64,000 nucleotides of DNA from assembly GCA_963666345.1 (NCBI GenBank), contig OY762721.1, positions 2,816,001 through 2,880,000 of the forward strand. The letters run 5' to 3'. A program made the position numbers and the translations under genes. Below, piece by piece: positions 38,511 through 47,040 of the stretch. The notes beneath the pieces were generated by a model. It did not search any database. It had not been told where the DNA came from and saw only the letters and a program-made list of their open reading frames with translations. Position 1 is the stretch's first letter; the number at the start of each line of letters is the position of its first letter. The stretch is from Desulfatiglandales bacterium (GTDB taxonomy: Bacteria; Desulfobacterota; DSM-4660; Desulfatiglandales; Desulfatiglandaceae).

Positions 38511-38535
38511 TCCTGAGGGCCAGGCGCCCTCAGGA
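38511..38535 (+). other. Intra-operon hairpin after tctC
   Basis: TCCTGAGGGC-CAGGC-GCCCTCAGGA, with no U-tract. Confidence 0.55.
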
Positions 38536-38553
38536 CCCTAAAAGGGAACAGTT

Positions 38554-39072
38554 ATGTTTGGAAATCTATTGATGAGTCTTTCCGTGCTGGCAGGGTCTAT
38601 TTTCATGTATTACAAGGCCACCCAGCTCAGACAAATGCAGACGCAGGGCTATGAGTCGGTAGGGCCCGATTCCTGGCCGAAACTTATCTTGATATGCCTT
38701 ATCGCCCTGGGTGGTTATCTGAGTATCAAATATGCAGTGAAATTAGCGAAAAGCAGGGGTTCTTCAGAAAACGAAATCCCCAATCCTCCGGAACAGGGTG
38801 AAGGGAAGGAGGGTTGGATAAGGATAGGTATTACGACCCTTTTCATCGTGCTCTATATCTACCTCCTTAAGCCCCTGGGATTTATTGTTGCAAGCCCGCT
38901 TTTTATCATCGCAATGATGCTCTATATCAATCCCAATAAAAAGAGGATCATACCTGCAAGTGTCTTGGGTATCATGGTAATTATCTATCTGCTTTTCGGA
39001 AAACTTCTTTATATCCCCCTTCCCAAGGGAAGCGGTGTTTTTAGGCAGGTAAGCATTCTGCTTGGACTTTAG
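38554..39072 (+). CDS. tctB: TTT transporter small membrane subunit
   Basis: Four to five hydrophobic segments, GPDSWP, LGF and LYIPLPKG. Confidence 0.85.
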   Translation: MFGNLLMSLSVLAGSIFMYYKATQLRQMQTQGYESVGPDSWPKLILICLIALGGYLSIKYAVKLAKSRGSSENEIPNPPEQGEGKEGWIRIGITTLFIVLYIYLLKPLGFIVASPLFIIAMMLYINPNKKRIIPASVLGIMVIIYLLFGKLLYIPLPKGSGVFRQVSILLGL

Positions 39073-39217
39073 TTTGTTGAAAAATCTGCTTTCTTCGACT
39101 GTTGAAACGTCTGGAAATATTAGTATGAAAATATACCCGTCAAGAATCTTAAGAGATTCCATCATTATGGGGAGATAGAGACGGAAAGGTGTTAACTTCC
39201 GTATGTAAGGAGATACG

Positions 39218-40714
39218 ATGTTAGACTACTGGGTAAGTGGTTTGTTTACAGCTATACAGCCGGGCAATCTTCTAGTCCTTGCCATTGGGACCTCTCTTGG
39301 GATACTATCAGGTGGTATCCCTGGGATAAGCGGGACAATGGCCATTGCTCTTGCCGTGCCGGTTACTTATACGATGGGTCCGGACAAGGCCTTGTTTCTT
39401 CTTGTATCACTTTATGCATCCTCTGTATATGCAGGATCCATAAGTGGAATCCTGTTCAGGACACCAGGCGCGCCGGAAGGAGCCGCTGCGACCCTGGACG
39501 GTCATATGATGACCAAAAAAGGTCTGGCCGGTGAGGCCTTGGGATGGGATATTGCAAGTTCGGTAACAGGGGGTATCTTCGGCACTATTGTGCTGGCCCT
39601 CGTTGCACCGCAGCTTGCCAAGGTTGCCCTTCAATTCGGTCCTCCCGAATATTTTGCCCTGGCATTCCTGGGTTTGAGCGTTGTCAGCAGCCTCGGTACA
39701 AAAAATACTGCCAAGGCCCTTGTCTCCGTTCTTATCGGTCTTATGGTTGCAACCGTTGGGATTGACAAAATTTCAGGCTTCAACCGATTTACCTTCGGTA
39801 CCAACACCCTTCTCGGGGGGATAAATTTTATTCCTACCATAATTGGACTTTTTGCTGTTGCCGAAGTTTTAAACAGGCTCAAGGAACAGCGGCAGATGGA
39901 GGGCATTCGGGCAAAGGCAAGGGCAAAACTTCCCAAATTAAAGGCCATGTGGAAACGGAAATGGCTGTATGCCAGATCGGCATGTATCGGCGCCTTTATC
40001 GGGATCCTTCCCGGTGTGGGTGCGACAACTGCTTCCTTTGTGGGTTTAAGTGAGGCGGTGCGATGGTCCAAGGAGCCGGAGAAATACGGCACAGGCATTC
40101 CTGAAGGGATAGCAGCGCCCGAAACGGCCAACAATGCCGCCTGCAGTGGCGCCATGGTGCCGCTTCTTACTATGGGCATCCCCGGAAGTGCCGCGACGGC
40201 ACTGATGCTGGGGGCTCTTTTAATCCACGGTCTGAAACCGGGGCCGCTACTTTTTCTTCAGCAGCCAAAACTGGTTTATTCTATATTCGTTGCCATGTTC
40301 CTAGCTAATGTACTTATCATATTCTTTGCCAAGGGTTTTATAAGGTATTTTTCAAAGATAATAGAGCTTCCCTACAACATACTGGGGCCGGGAATCATCA
40401 TCTTCTGCATAGGCGGCGTGTTTGCCATAAGGAACAACTTCGGCGATATCTGGATTATGATGGCGTTTGCCGTAGCCGGGGTCTTCATGGAAAAATATGA
40501 CTATCCTCTCGCCCCCCTTATCCTGGGCGTAGTGCTCGGCCCCATTGCCGAGGAAAACCTTCGCCAGGCCATGATTATCTCGGGAGGTGATTATTCGGTC
40601 TTTTTCAGCACCCCCATATCTATCTCTCTCATGGTGGTTGGAATAATGTCGTTATTTTCCCAGCAGATCAGGTTTCTCTTTAAGATGTCGTTCAAGAGAG
40701 GGAAAAGTGCGTGA
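39218..40714 (+). CDS. tctA: TTT transporter large membrane subunit
   Basis: GGIPGISGT, FRTPG, GPPEYF, APETANNA and LTMGIPGS motifs. Confidence 0.92.
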   Translation: MLDYWVSGLFTAIQPGNLLVLAIGTSLGILSGGIPGISGTMAIALAVPVTYTMGPDKALFLLVSLYASSVYAGSISGILFRTPGAPEGAAATLDGHMMTKKGLAGEALGWDIASSVTGGIFGTIVLALVAPQLAKVALQFGPPEYFALAFLGLSVVSSLGTKNTAKALVSVLIGLMVATVGIDKISGFNRFTFGTNTLLGGINFIPTIIGLFAVAEVLNRLKEQRQMEGIRAKARAKLPKLKAMWKRKWLYARSACIGAFIGILPGVGATTASFVGLSEAVRWSKEPEKYGTGIPEGIAAPETANNAACSGAMVPLLTMGIPGSAATALMLGALLIHGLKPGPLLFLQQPKLVYSIFVAMFLANVLIIFFAKGFIRYFSKIIELPYNILGPGIIIFCIGGVFAIRNNFGDIWIMMAFAVAGVFMEKYDYPLAPLILGVVLGPIAEENLRQAMIISGGDYSVFFSTPISISLMVVGIMSLFSQQIRFLFKMSFKRGKSA

Positions 40715-40786
40715 ATACCTTTTAAATGGGCAAAAATATAGACGGGGATCAGCTCGTTAATGTGAAACGGAAATTAAGGGGATATT

Positions 40787-41941
40787 ATGAATCTGTCACA
40801 CAGGGAAAGGGTCCTTAAAGCGGTAAACCACCAAAAACCGGACAGGGTCCCAAGGGATCTGGGAGGGGCGTTTACATCGAGTATTGCAAGTGTGGCCTAT
40901 GAAAACCTAGCCGATTTTCTTGGCCTTGATCTTGAAACAAGACTGATGCGAAAATGGGCACGTGTAGTTCATCCGGATGAGAAGATCCTCCGGCATTTTG
41001 ATATTGACACAAGGATGGTCGTTCCCAGATATGATGAAGGTTGGAACGAATACTGGAAAATTGCGCCGGTTGAAAATGAAGATGCATACATCGATGAGTG
41101 GGGCATCAAATGGAGCAGGCCGGAATCAAAGATGGGCCCGTATTTTATGACCACTCATCCGTTGGCTGATATCGAAAGTGTTGATGAACTGGAGAATTTC
41201 ATCTGGCCTGATCCTGAAGACCCGGCCCGCTATGAAGGTCTTGAGGAACAGGCTAGACGGCTTAAAAACGAGACTGATTATGCCGTAATAGGGGTTTTTC
41301 CACGGCCCATAGTGTCTCTGAGTCAGTTTATGAGAGGGTATGAAAAATGGTTTCTTGATTTTATGATGAATCGGGAACTCCTAGAGGCAATCATGGATAT
41401 CATAGTGGAGACCAATCTCAGAATAGGGAAAAATATCCTCGACAGAATAGGGAAATACATAGATCTTGCTTTTTTCCATGACGATCTGGCTACCCAGCAA
41501 AGCCTTATGGTCTCACCGGAGCACTATCGGGAGATAATAAAACCTCGTCATAAGAAACTCTTCGACCTTGTAAAAACCCATAGTGATGCTAAGATTATAT
41601 ACCATACGGACGGTGCGGTATTTCCGATCCTTGAGGATTTTATCGAAATAGGGGTAGACGCCCTCAATCCGGTGCAGACATCGGCCCAGGGCATGGATGG
41701 GAAGGCCCTGAGCAGTAGTTTCGGGGACAGGCTTTGCTTCTGGGGGGCGATTGAAAGCCAAAAGGTGCTGCCAACAGGCACACCCGAGGAAGTGTTTGAG
41801 GAGGTAAAAAGACAGATTTCCGATCTGGGAAAAAATGGCAATTACGTTCTCGGTGCCTGCCACAATATCCAGGACGATGTGTCGCCCGAAAATGTTATCG
41901 CCATGTTTGAGGCTGCAGATAGATTCGGTATCTATGATTGA
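40787..41941 (+). CDS. Uroporphyrinogen decarboxylase / MtaA-CmuA superfamily protein of unknown function
   Basis: SHRERV...PDRVP, DEWG, DDLATQ, YHTDG, LNPVQ and CHNIQ motifs. Confidence 0.8.
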   Translation: MNLSHRERVLKAVNHQKPDRVPRDLGGAFTSSIASVAYENLADFLGLDLETRLMRKWARVVHPDEKILRHFDIDTRMVVPRYDEGWNEYWKIAPVENEDAYIDEWGIKWSRPESKMGPYFMTTHPLADIESVDELENFIWPDPEDPARYEGLEEQARRLKNETDYAVIGVFPRPIVSLSQFMRGYEKWFLDFMMNRELLEAIMDIIVETNLRIGKNILDRIGKYIDLAFFHDDLATQQSLMVSPEHYREIIKPRHKKLFDLVKTHSDAKIIYHTDGAVFPILEDFIEIGVDALNPVQTSAQGMDGKALSSSFGDRLCFWGAIESQKVLPTGTPEEVFEEVKRQISDLGKNGNYVLGACHNIQDDVSPENVIAMFEAADRFGIYD

Positions 41942-41974
41942 GCCTATTATAAATAAGGAGGATTACCTGTTTAA

Positions 41975-42232
41975 ATGGCTTTTATTCCCACTGTTGATAA
42001 AGAAAAGTGCAAAGGCTGTGAAGAGTGTGTTGATATATGCAGCCCAGAGGTGTTCGAGATGCGCGGCGGAAAGGCCGAGGCGGTGAATAAGGACAGATGC
42101 GTCGGCTGTGAAAGCTGTGTGGAGGTGTGTGAAAACGACGCCATTACCGTGACCGATACGAGACATAAATTGTCTGACCAGTGTGCCTTCCTGTTCAGGG
42201 AGATCCTTGCAGAGGACGAGATGACCGGGTGA
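41975..42232 (+). CDS. 2x[4Fe-4S] ferredoxin with C-terminal extension
   Basis: CKGCEECVDIC and CVGCESCVEVC; paralogue of the ferredoxin at 2382. Confidence 0.88.
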   Translation: MAFIPTVDKEKCKGCEECVDICSPEVFEMRGGKAEAVNKDRCVGCESCVEVCENDAITVTDTRHKLSDQCAFLFREILAEDEMTG

Positions 42233-42294
42233 GGGCAGGTCCTGTCCCGGCAGAGCCCGAACAAAAAGCATGTAAGACGAAGACGGAAAAGGGA

Positions 42295-43455
42295 TTACCT
42301 CCCGTATTCATCAACCAGCCCCTTGAATATATCAAGCACCCTCTGAAGGTCCCTTCTGCTGGTGCCGAAGGTGGATATCTTCATTGATTTGGTAAGTCCA
42401 TGTTTTAGGCCGAAGATGTCGTTTTTTTTAAGCTCATTGTAAAGGAAGGCCCTCTTTTTGGGATGCACCTTTGAGATTTCATAGAATATATCCGTAATGA
42501 ACATCATGAGGTCGTGGTTGTGGGGCTTTTCCCCCATCTGGACGCAGCCCAAATTTTCGAGTTCCGATGAAAACCACCTGGCCTTTTCCACCTCCCCGTC
42601 CCAGTGCCTTACCCTTTCCACGACATCCGGAAAAGATGCCATGAGCGTAATCAGAGGGGTTCCCCTTACGGAACATCCCAGGCACTCAAGTTCCTTTCCC
42701 TTATTGGTGGGAGACTCCTGGCAGACAAGGTCTTCCCACTTCTTGTTGAGGCCCAGAACACCTATTGGACCGGCTGACGCCATGCTCTTGTGTCCGCTGC
42801 AGACAATGAAATCGGCGCCTATTTCGTTCATGTTTACAGGCATCCTGCCTACCGCATACGCGGCGTTCAGAAGAAAGGGAACCTCGTACTCCTGTGCAAT
42901 TTCACCAAGGCGACGGGCATTTGGAAGATTGCCCACATTCCCGTCCGGGTAGGTCAGCAAAAGAAGAGAGGGGCGGTGTTCCTTTATCAGTGGTATGTAA
43001 TCCTCCACGTCGATCAATCTTCTGTCATCATCTGAATTGGGAACCTTTACGATCTCAAGCCCTGCCCGCTGCGCGGCCACATCGGTTGAATAATGTCTGT
43101 TTCTGTCAACGACAATAACATCACCCGGTTTTGTAACGGAATGAATGACCATGAATTTTCCTTCACGGGCCCCATGGGTTATGCGGGTGGTGTCGGCGCC
43201 TATGAAGGCAGGCAGATCATTGAAGACAAATTCAGAGATAGGGGGATTCGATATCTTTTCAAGTGTACCTTTACAGTGATCACACACGGAGTAGCCGTCC
43301 CCGAATTCCTCAAGCGCCCTTCGGGCGGAAGGAGTGAGACGGGAGCCGGTCTGAAGCGGGTTTATGATTATACTTTCCCTGTGCTTTCTGGTGAGGTTTC
43401 CATATTTGTTCCTGAGTTTTTCCACATCGAGTGTTTTTTCAACTGCGTCTGCCAT
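42295..43455 (-). CDS. pscS: Sep-tRNA:Cys-tRNA synthase (SepCysS)
   Basis: INPLQTG, GDGYSVCDHC, THGAREGKF, PDGNVGN, NAAYAVGRMP, PLP-lysine motif SGHKS and LGCSVRG. Confidence 0.93.
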   Translation of the reverse strand: MADAVEKTLDVEKLRNKYGNLTRKHRESIIINPLQTGSRLTPSARRALEEFGDGYSVCDHCKGTLEKISNPPISEFVFNDLPAFIGADTTRITHGAREGKFMVIHSVTKPGDVIVVDRNRHYSTDVAAQRAGLEIVKVPNSDDDRRLIDVEDYIPLIKEHRPSLLLLTYPDGNVGNLPNARRLGEIAQEYEVPFLLNAAYAVGRMPVNMNEIGADFIVCSGHKSMASAGPIGVLGLNKKWEDLVCQESPTNKGKELECLGCSVRGTPLITLMASFPDVVERVRHWDGEVEKARWFSSELENLGCVQMGEKPHNHDLMMFITDIFYEISKVHPKKRAFLYNELKKNDIFGLKHGLTKSMKISTFGTSRRDLQRVLDIFKGLVDEYGR

Positions 43456-43475
43456 CTCTGCGTCCCTTCTAATAC

Positions 43476-44996
43476 CTATTTCCTCTCGTATGTCACGCTC
43501 AGAAATATAGGTCCTTTTACCATGGTTTTCTTGTGTTCTCCCGTCATGTGCTCCTTTATCTTCCTGGGCAACTGCAGGTTTATGTCGCCCAAGGTCTTTG
43601 CCATCCTCGTCCGGAACAGCTCGCTTTTTTGGCCTTTTTCAAATGCCTCTTCAATCTTTGCCGCCATTCCGTGTGAGATTCCCTGAATATAGCTGAAAAG
43701 CGCGTTGTTCTCCCCGCCTTCAAGTTGACTGAGGATGTTTCCGTCTTCAATATAGACCTCATTGAATGTGGCCGGGCCAACCAGCCTTTTGTTTTCCTCT
43801 TTTTCAATTACCTTGATAACCATCTCATCATCCTCGTAAGCGATGAATTCGCATGGTGAAGCCGCGTCTCTGTTCTTGCGGACCGAAGCCTCAATCGCCC
43901 CGGCTATATTTTTCCCTCTTTCAGTGGTGGGAAAATCGATATATATGAGCGATTCTTCGGCAGATTCATCAGAGTAGTTGAGTGCCCCGAATTGAGGGAA
44001 GACAAGTTCTCTTATGTCGGAGTAACCTTTTGTGACCATCGTAAGCCTTTCGATTCCGAACCCCGCATTGAATACGGGATATTTGATTCCGAAGTTGGCC
44101 AGGGAAATGGGAGAATACATGCCTATGTCTCCAATTTCGAGCCATTCGCCTTTCCACTCGGCAAAGACCTCTTCCTCAAGGTCCTTGGCGTAATACTTGG
44201 ATGTGGCCTTTTTCCGCTCGAACCTGGCATCGCTGAATCCGAGTTCAAGAAGGAACCGGCGGGTTATCTTTTTCCCAGCCTCAAGTGACATGTTAGGGTC
44301 CATCACTACCATTGAGGCCGAATTATGAACCCTGAGATGTCCTTTGTCCTCCCGCTGTTCGTTCCTGTACCTGAGACCTGCGGAGAAAAGGGCGATGGGA
44401 TAGTTGGACGTGTCCTGCAGGGCCGCCAGCGTATGGTACCATGTGCCTGTCATATGTGTCCTCAGGGTCATGTTTGTCGGCTGCGGGGTCAACTGCTTGA
44501 ATTCGGGAAAACAGCTTGAGAGAATCTGGGTGGCCTGTTCCATCTCGATGTCTAACTGTTTGACGAGCTCCTCAATGAAATCGTCTCCCTCTATCTCACC
44601 CTTTTTATATGATCTCAGGATATCTTGCAGTATTTCAGAATCAAATTCGCCTATGATGGATTCAATCTGATGTATTTTATCATAGCTTAGTCCAATATCG
44701 GGTCTGGGCAGCTTTGCCAGATAAAATGCCCTGTCCAGGATGACGGGGGATTCCGGACCGTACTGTTTGTATACATCCTCATCAGATATTATGGTCCTGT
44801 TCTCCATTTCTGAAAAGCCCATTTTGGAGAGGATTTCTCTGCACTCCTGAACGCATTCCCTTAACGGGTGCAAGGTTCCCTTCTGCTTTATGTTGACAGA
44901 GGTGTTGCGTGGGATAAGATCTGCTGTCTCAATCCAAGCCTTCTCAAAGTTTCCCTTTGATTTTTTTATTATCGTCTTAATAGGTAGTTCAGCCAC
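43476..44996 (-). CDS. sepS: O-phosphoseryl-tRNA(Cys) synthetase (SepRS)
   Basis: FEKAWIET, YKQYGPE..VILDRAFYLAKLPRPDIG, YKKGEIEGDD, TLRTHMT, REDKGHL..H.SAS, SKYY, GIERL, GDINL and KGPIF; GTG start. Confidence 0.93.
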   Translation of the reverse strand: MAELPIKTIIKKSKGNFEKAWIETADLIPRNTSVNIKQKGTLHPLRECVQECREILSKMGFSEMENRTIISDEDVYKQYGPESPVILDRAFYLAKLPRPDIGLSYDKIHQIESIIGEFDSEILQDILRSYKKGEIEGDDFIEELVKQLDIEMEQATQILSSCFPEFKQLTPQPTNMTLRTHMTGTWYHTLAALQDTSNYPIALFSAGLRYRNEQREDKGHLRVHNSASMVVMDPNMSLEAGKKITRRFLLELGFSDARFERKKATSKYYAKDLEEEVFAEWKGEWLEIGDIGMYSPISLANFGIKYPVFNAGFGIERLTMVTKGYSDIRELVFPQFGALNYSDESAEESLIYIDFPTTERGKNIAGAIEASVRKNRDAASPCEFIAYEDDEMVIKVIEKEENKRLVGPATFNEVYIEDGNILSQLEGGENNALFSYIQGISHGMAAKIEEAFEKGQKSELFRTRMAKTLGDINLQLPRKIKEHMTGEHKKTMVKGPIFLSVTYERK

Positions 44997-45469
44997 TTTA
45001 TGTTACCTTTCCGTTAATTGATGAATGTAACCGGATTCTGTTTTGAAAACCTCATATGAATATTCTTTTAATGTGTTTGTCTTATGTAAAAATCAGTATG
45101 CATAAAAAGCTGGTATTCAACATCATCGGAAAAATTTCATCAGGATATTTTCATTACATTGAAAAATTGTCAACAGCCCCGGATAGTTTTTTAAAAAAAG
45201 TGATGATCTTTTTCGTCTCGATAGATCTAGAAAATAAGGTGAAATAATGTGCCGTGTCAAGGAATATAGGATAACCCTGATCCTTCATTAATTTATCGTC
45301 TTTTCATATTATGGCATGTCTCAGAGATTTTATCGCAACAGGGCAAAAAACCTCATCGGTTCTGAAAAAAGGCCTGAATGATGAAACGGATCTTACGTCA
45401 ATTGAATGTGTTAACCGGCCGGTAAGGATATCGTAATCGGCTTTACCGGTGAAACGGATATCCCGGAAA

Positions 45470-46759
45470 TCAAATCATTTCCCTCTGCTGGCCTGTCGAC
45501 TCGATTACACTGTTCCACAATCTTCCTCTCGGATCTATCTTTTTCCTCTTTGATACTGCCAGCGGGATGGGGACATGGGTATAGTGACCGCTCCAATATC
45601 CCACCACCATGTTGGTTCTTCCGGCCATGCCCGCGTGTACCGCATTGTGCCCCAGTAATAGACAGAACACGGAGTCATGCGGGTTGGCGGGCATGCTTCT
45701 GATGGTGTAGCTGGGATCGATATACTTAAGATCCACCTTTATATCCAGACTCCGGAAATATGCCTTGATTTTGTCCCTGAGAAATATCCCTATATCCTGA
45801 AGCCTGATATTTCCGGAAGGGTCGTGACCTGAATCCTTTCCGACCATGTCCTGCCCCGCGCCTTCCGCAACAACAATCACCGCGTGCTTTCTGAGGAACA
45901 GCCGCTCTCTCAGTTGTTCAAACAGGATATCCAGGCTGAAGGGGACCTCGGGGATGAGACAGAAATTTACCTCACTGTTTGCAAGTGTGGCATTTGCGGC
46001 GATAAAACCCGATTCCCTGCCCATGAGTTTGACCAGGCCGATTCCGTTTCTGGCTGCAACCGCCTCGGCATGGGCACAGTAGATTGATGTCTTGGCCTCT
46101 GCTACTGCCGTTTCAAAGCCGAAGGACTTGTTCAGAAAAGATATGTCATTGTCAATGGTTTTTGGAATTCCTATCACGGAGATTTTCAGATTTCTTTCCC
46201 TGATCTCATCGGATATCGCCTGTGCCCCTCTCAGGGTGCCGTCCCCTCCGATGGCGAAAAGGATGCCGATATTCATCCTTTCAAGCGTATCCACCATCTC
46301 CGGGATATCCTGGGGGCCCCTTGAAGTCCCAAGTATGGTTCCTCCCTGCTGGTGAATATCCAAAACCTCGGAGGGTGTAAGTTCCAGGGGTTCGTGGCTG
46401 TACTTCGGAGACAGCCCCTCATAGCCGTAGCGGAAACCGAACACTGTCTTTACCCTATAATGGTACAAGAGACTGAGGACTATCGATCTGATCACGTCGT
46501 TTAGTCCCGGGCAAAGCCCTCCGCAGGTTACTATCCCGCATTTGAGCTTTGAGGCGTCAAAATAGATATGGCGCCTGGGGCCTGCCATTTCAAAAGAGGG
46601 GAGCGGCTTCCCATTACCGATGATTCGCTTCAAATCTTTTAGATTCGAGTAGTATAATACACGCTCATCTTCGTCTACAAACTGGGCTCCCTGCATGGGC
46701 GAGTCTATACGGCATGGTCCGAGTGTCTGTATCTCAAAATCCAGGCTCTCTGTTTTCAT
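45470..46759 (-). CDS. pfkA: 6-phosphofructokinase (probably ATP-dependent)
   Basis: TCGGLCPGLN, GGDGT, PKTIDND, MGRESG and YIDPSY motifs. Confidence 0.92.
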   Translation of the reverse strand: MKTESLDFEIQTLGPCRIDSPMQGAQFVDEDERVLYYSNLKDLKRIIGNGKPLPSFEMAGPRRHIYFDASKLKCGIVTCGGLCPGLNDVIRSIVLSLLYHYRVKTVFGFRYGYEGLSPKYSHEPLELTPSEVLDIHQQGGTILGTSRGPQDIPEMVDTLERMNIGILFAIGGDGTLRGAQAISDEIRERNLKISVIGIPKTIDNDISFLNKSFGFETAVAEAKTSIYCAHAEAVAARNGIGLVKLMGRESGFIAANATLANSEVNFCLIPEVPFSLDILFEQLRERLFLRKHAVIVVAEGAGQDMVGKDSGHDPSGNIRLQDIGIFLRDKIKAYFRSLDIKVDLKYIDPSYTIRSMPANPHDSVFCLLLGHNAVHAGMAGRTNMVVGYWSGHYTHVPIPLAVSKRKKIDPRGRLWNSVIESTGQQREMI

Positions 46760-47040
46760 GAAAAGGCCCCCTAGATCCGGTTTAGTTTTTTGAAAGGTAA
46801 TGTCTTCGATTCTTTCTGTCTGGAAAATGCGTCTCAAGCCGGTTAAATCAAAATTGAACTCATATTTGACGCGAAATTTACATCCCTGTTATCTGATATC
46901 GCCTATTGGAGAAGAATAGGCAAAGGTGCCTCCGGTGTCAAGAATCCGGTATCGCCCGGTTTTGACTTTTTCCCTGTCAATAAGTTATCCTTACGGATAG
47001 CTGTGAATCTAATCTTTTAAGAGAGGTTCGAAATCAGAAT

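Noticed and set aside
43476..44996. PheRS alpha subunit or pyrrolysyl-tRNA synthetase
   Set aside because: It shares the class II fold, but the specific motifs, the C-terminal anticodon domain and the adjacent SepCysS identify SepRS; no pheT or pyl genes are nearby.
44997..45469. tRNA-Cys or a small gene (ORF 45056-45247) upstream of sepS
   Set aside because: No cloverleaf or T-loop motif was found; the short ORF is AT-rich, antisense to its neighbours and has no recognisable features.
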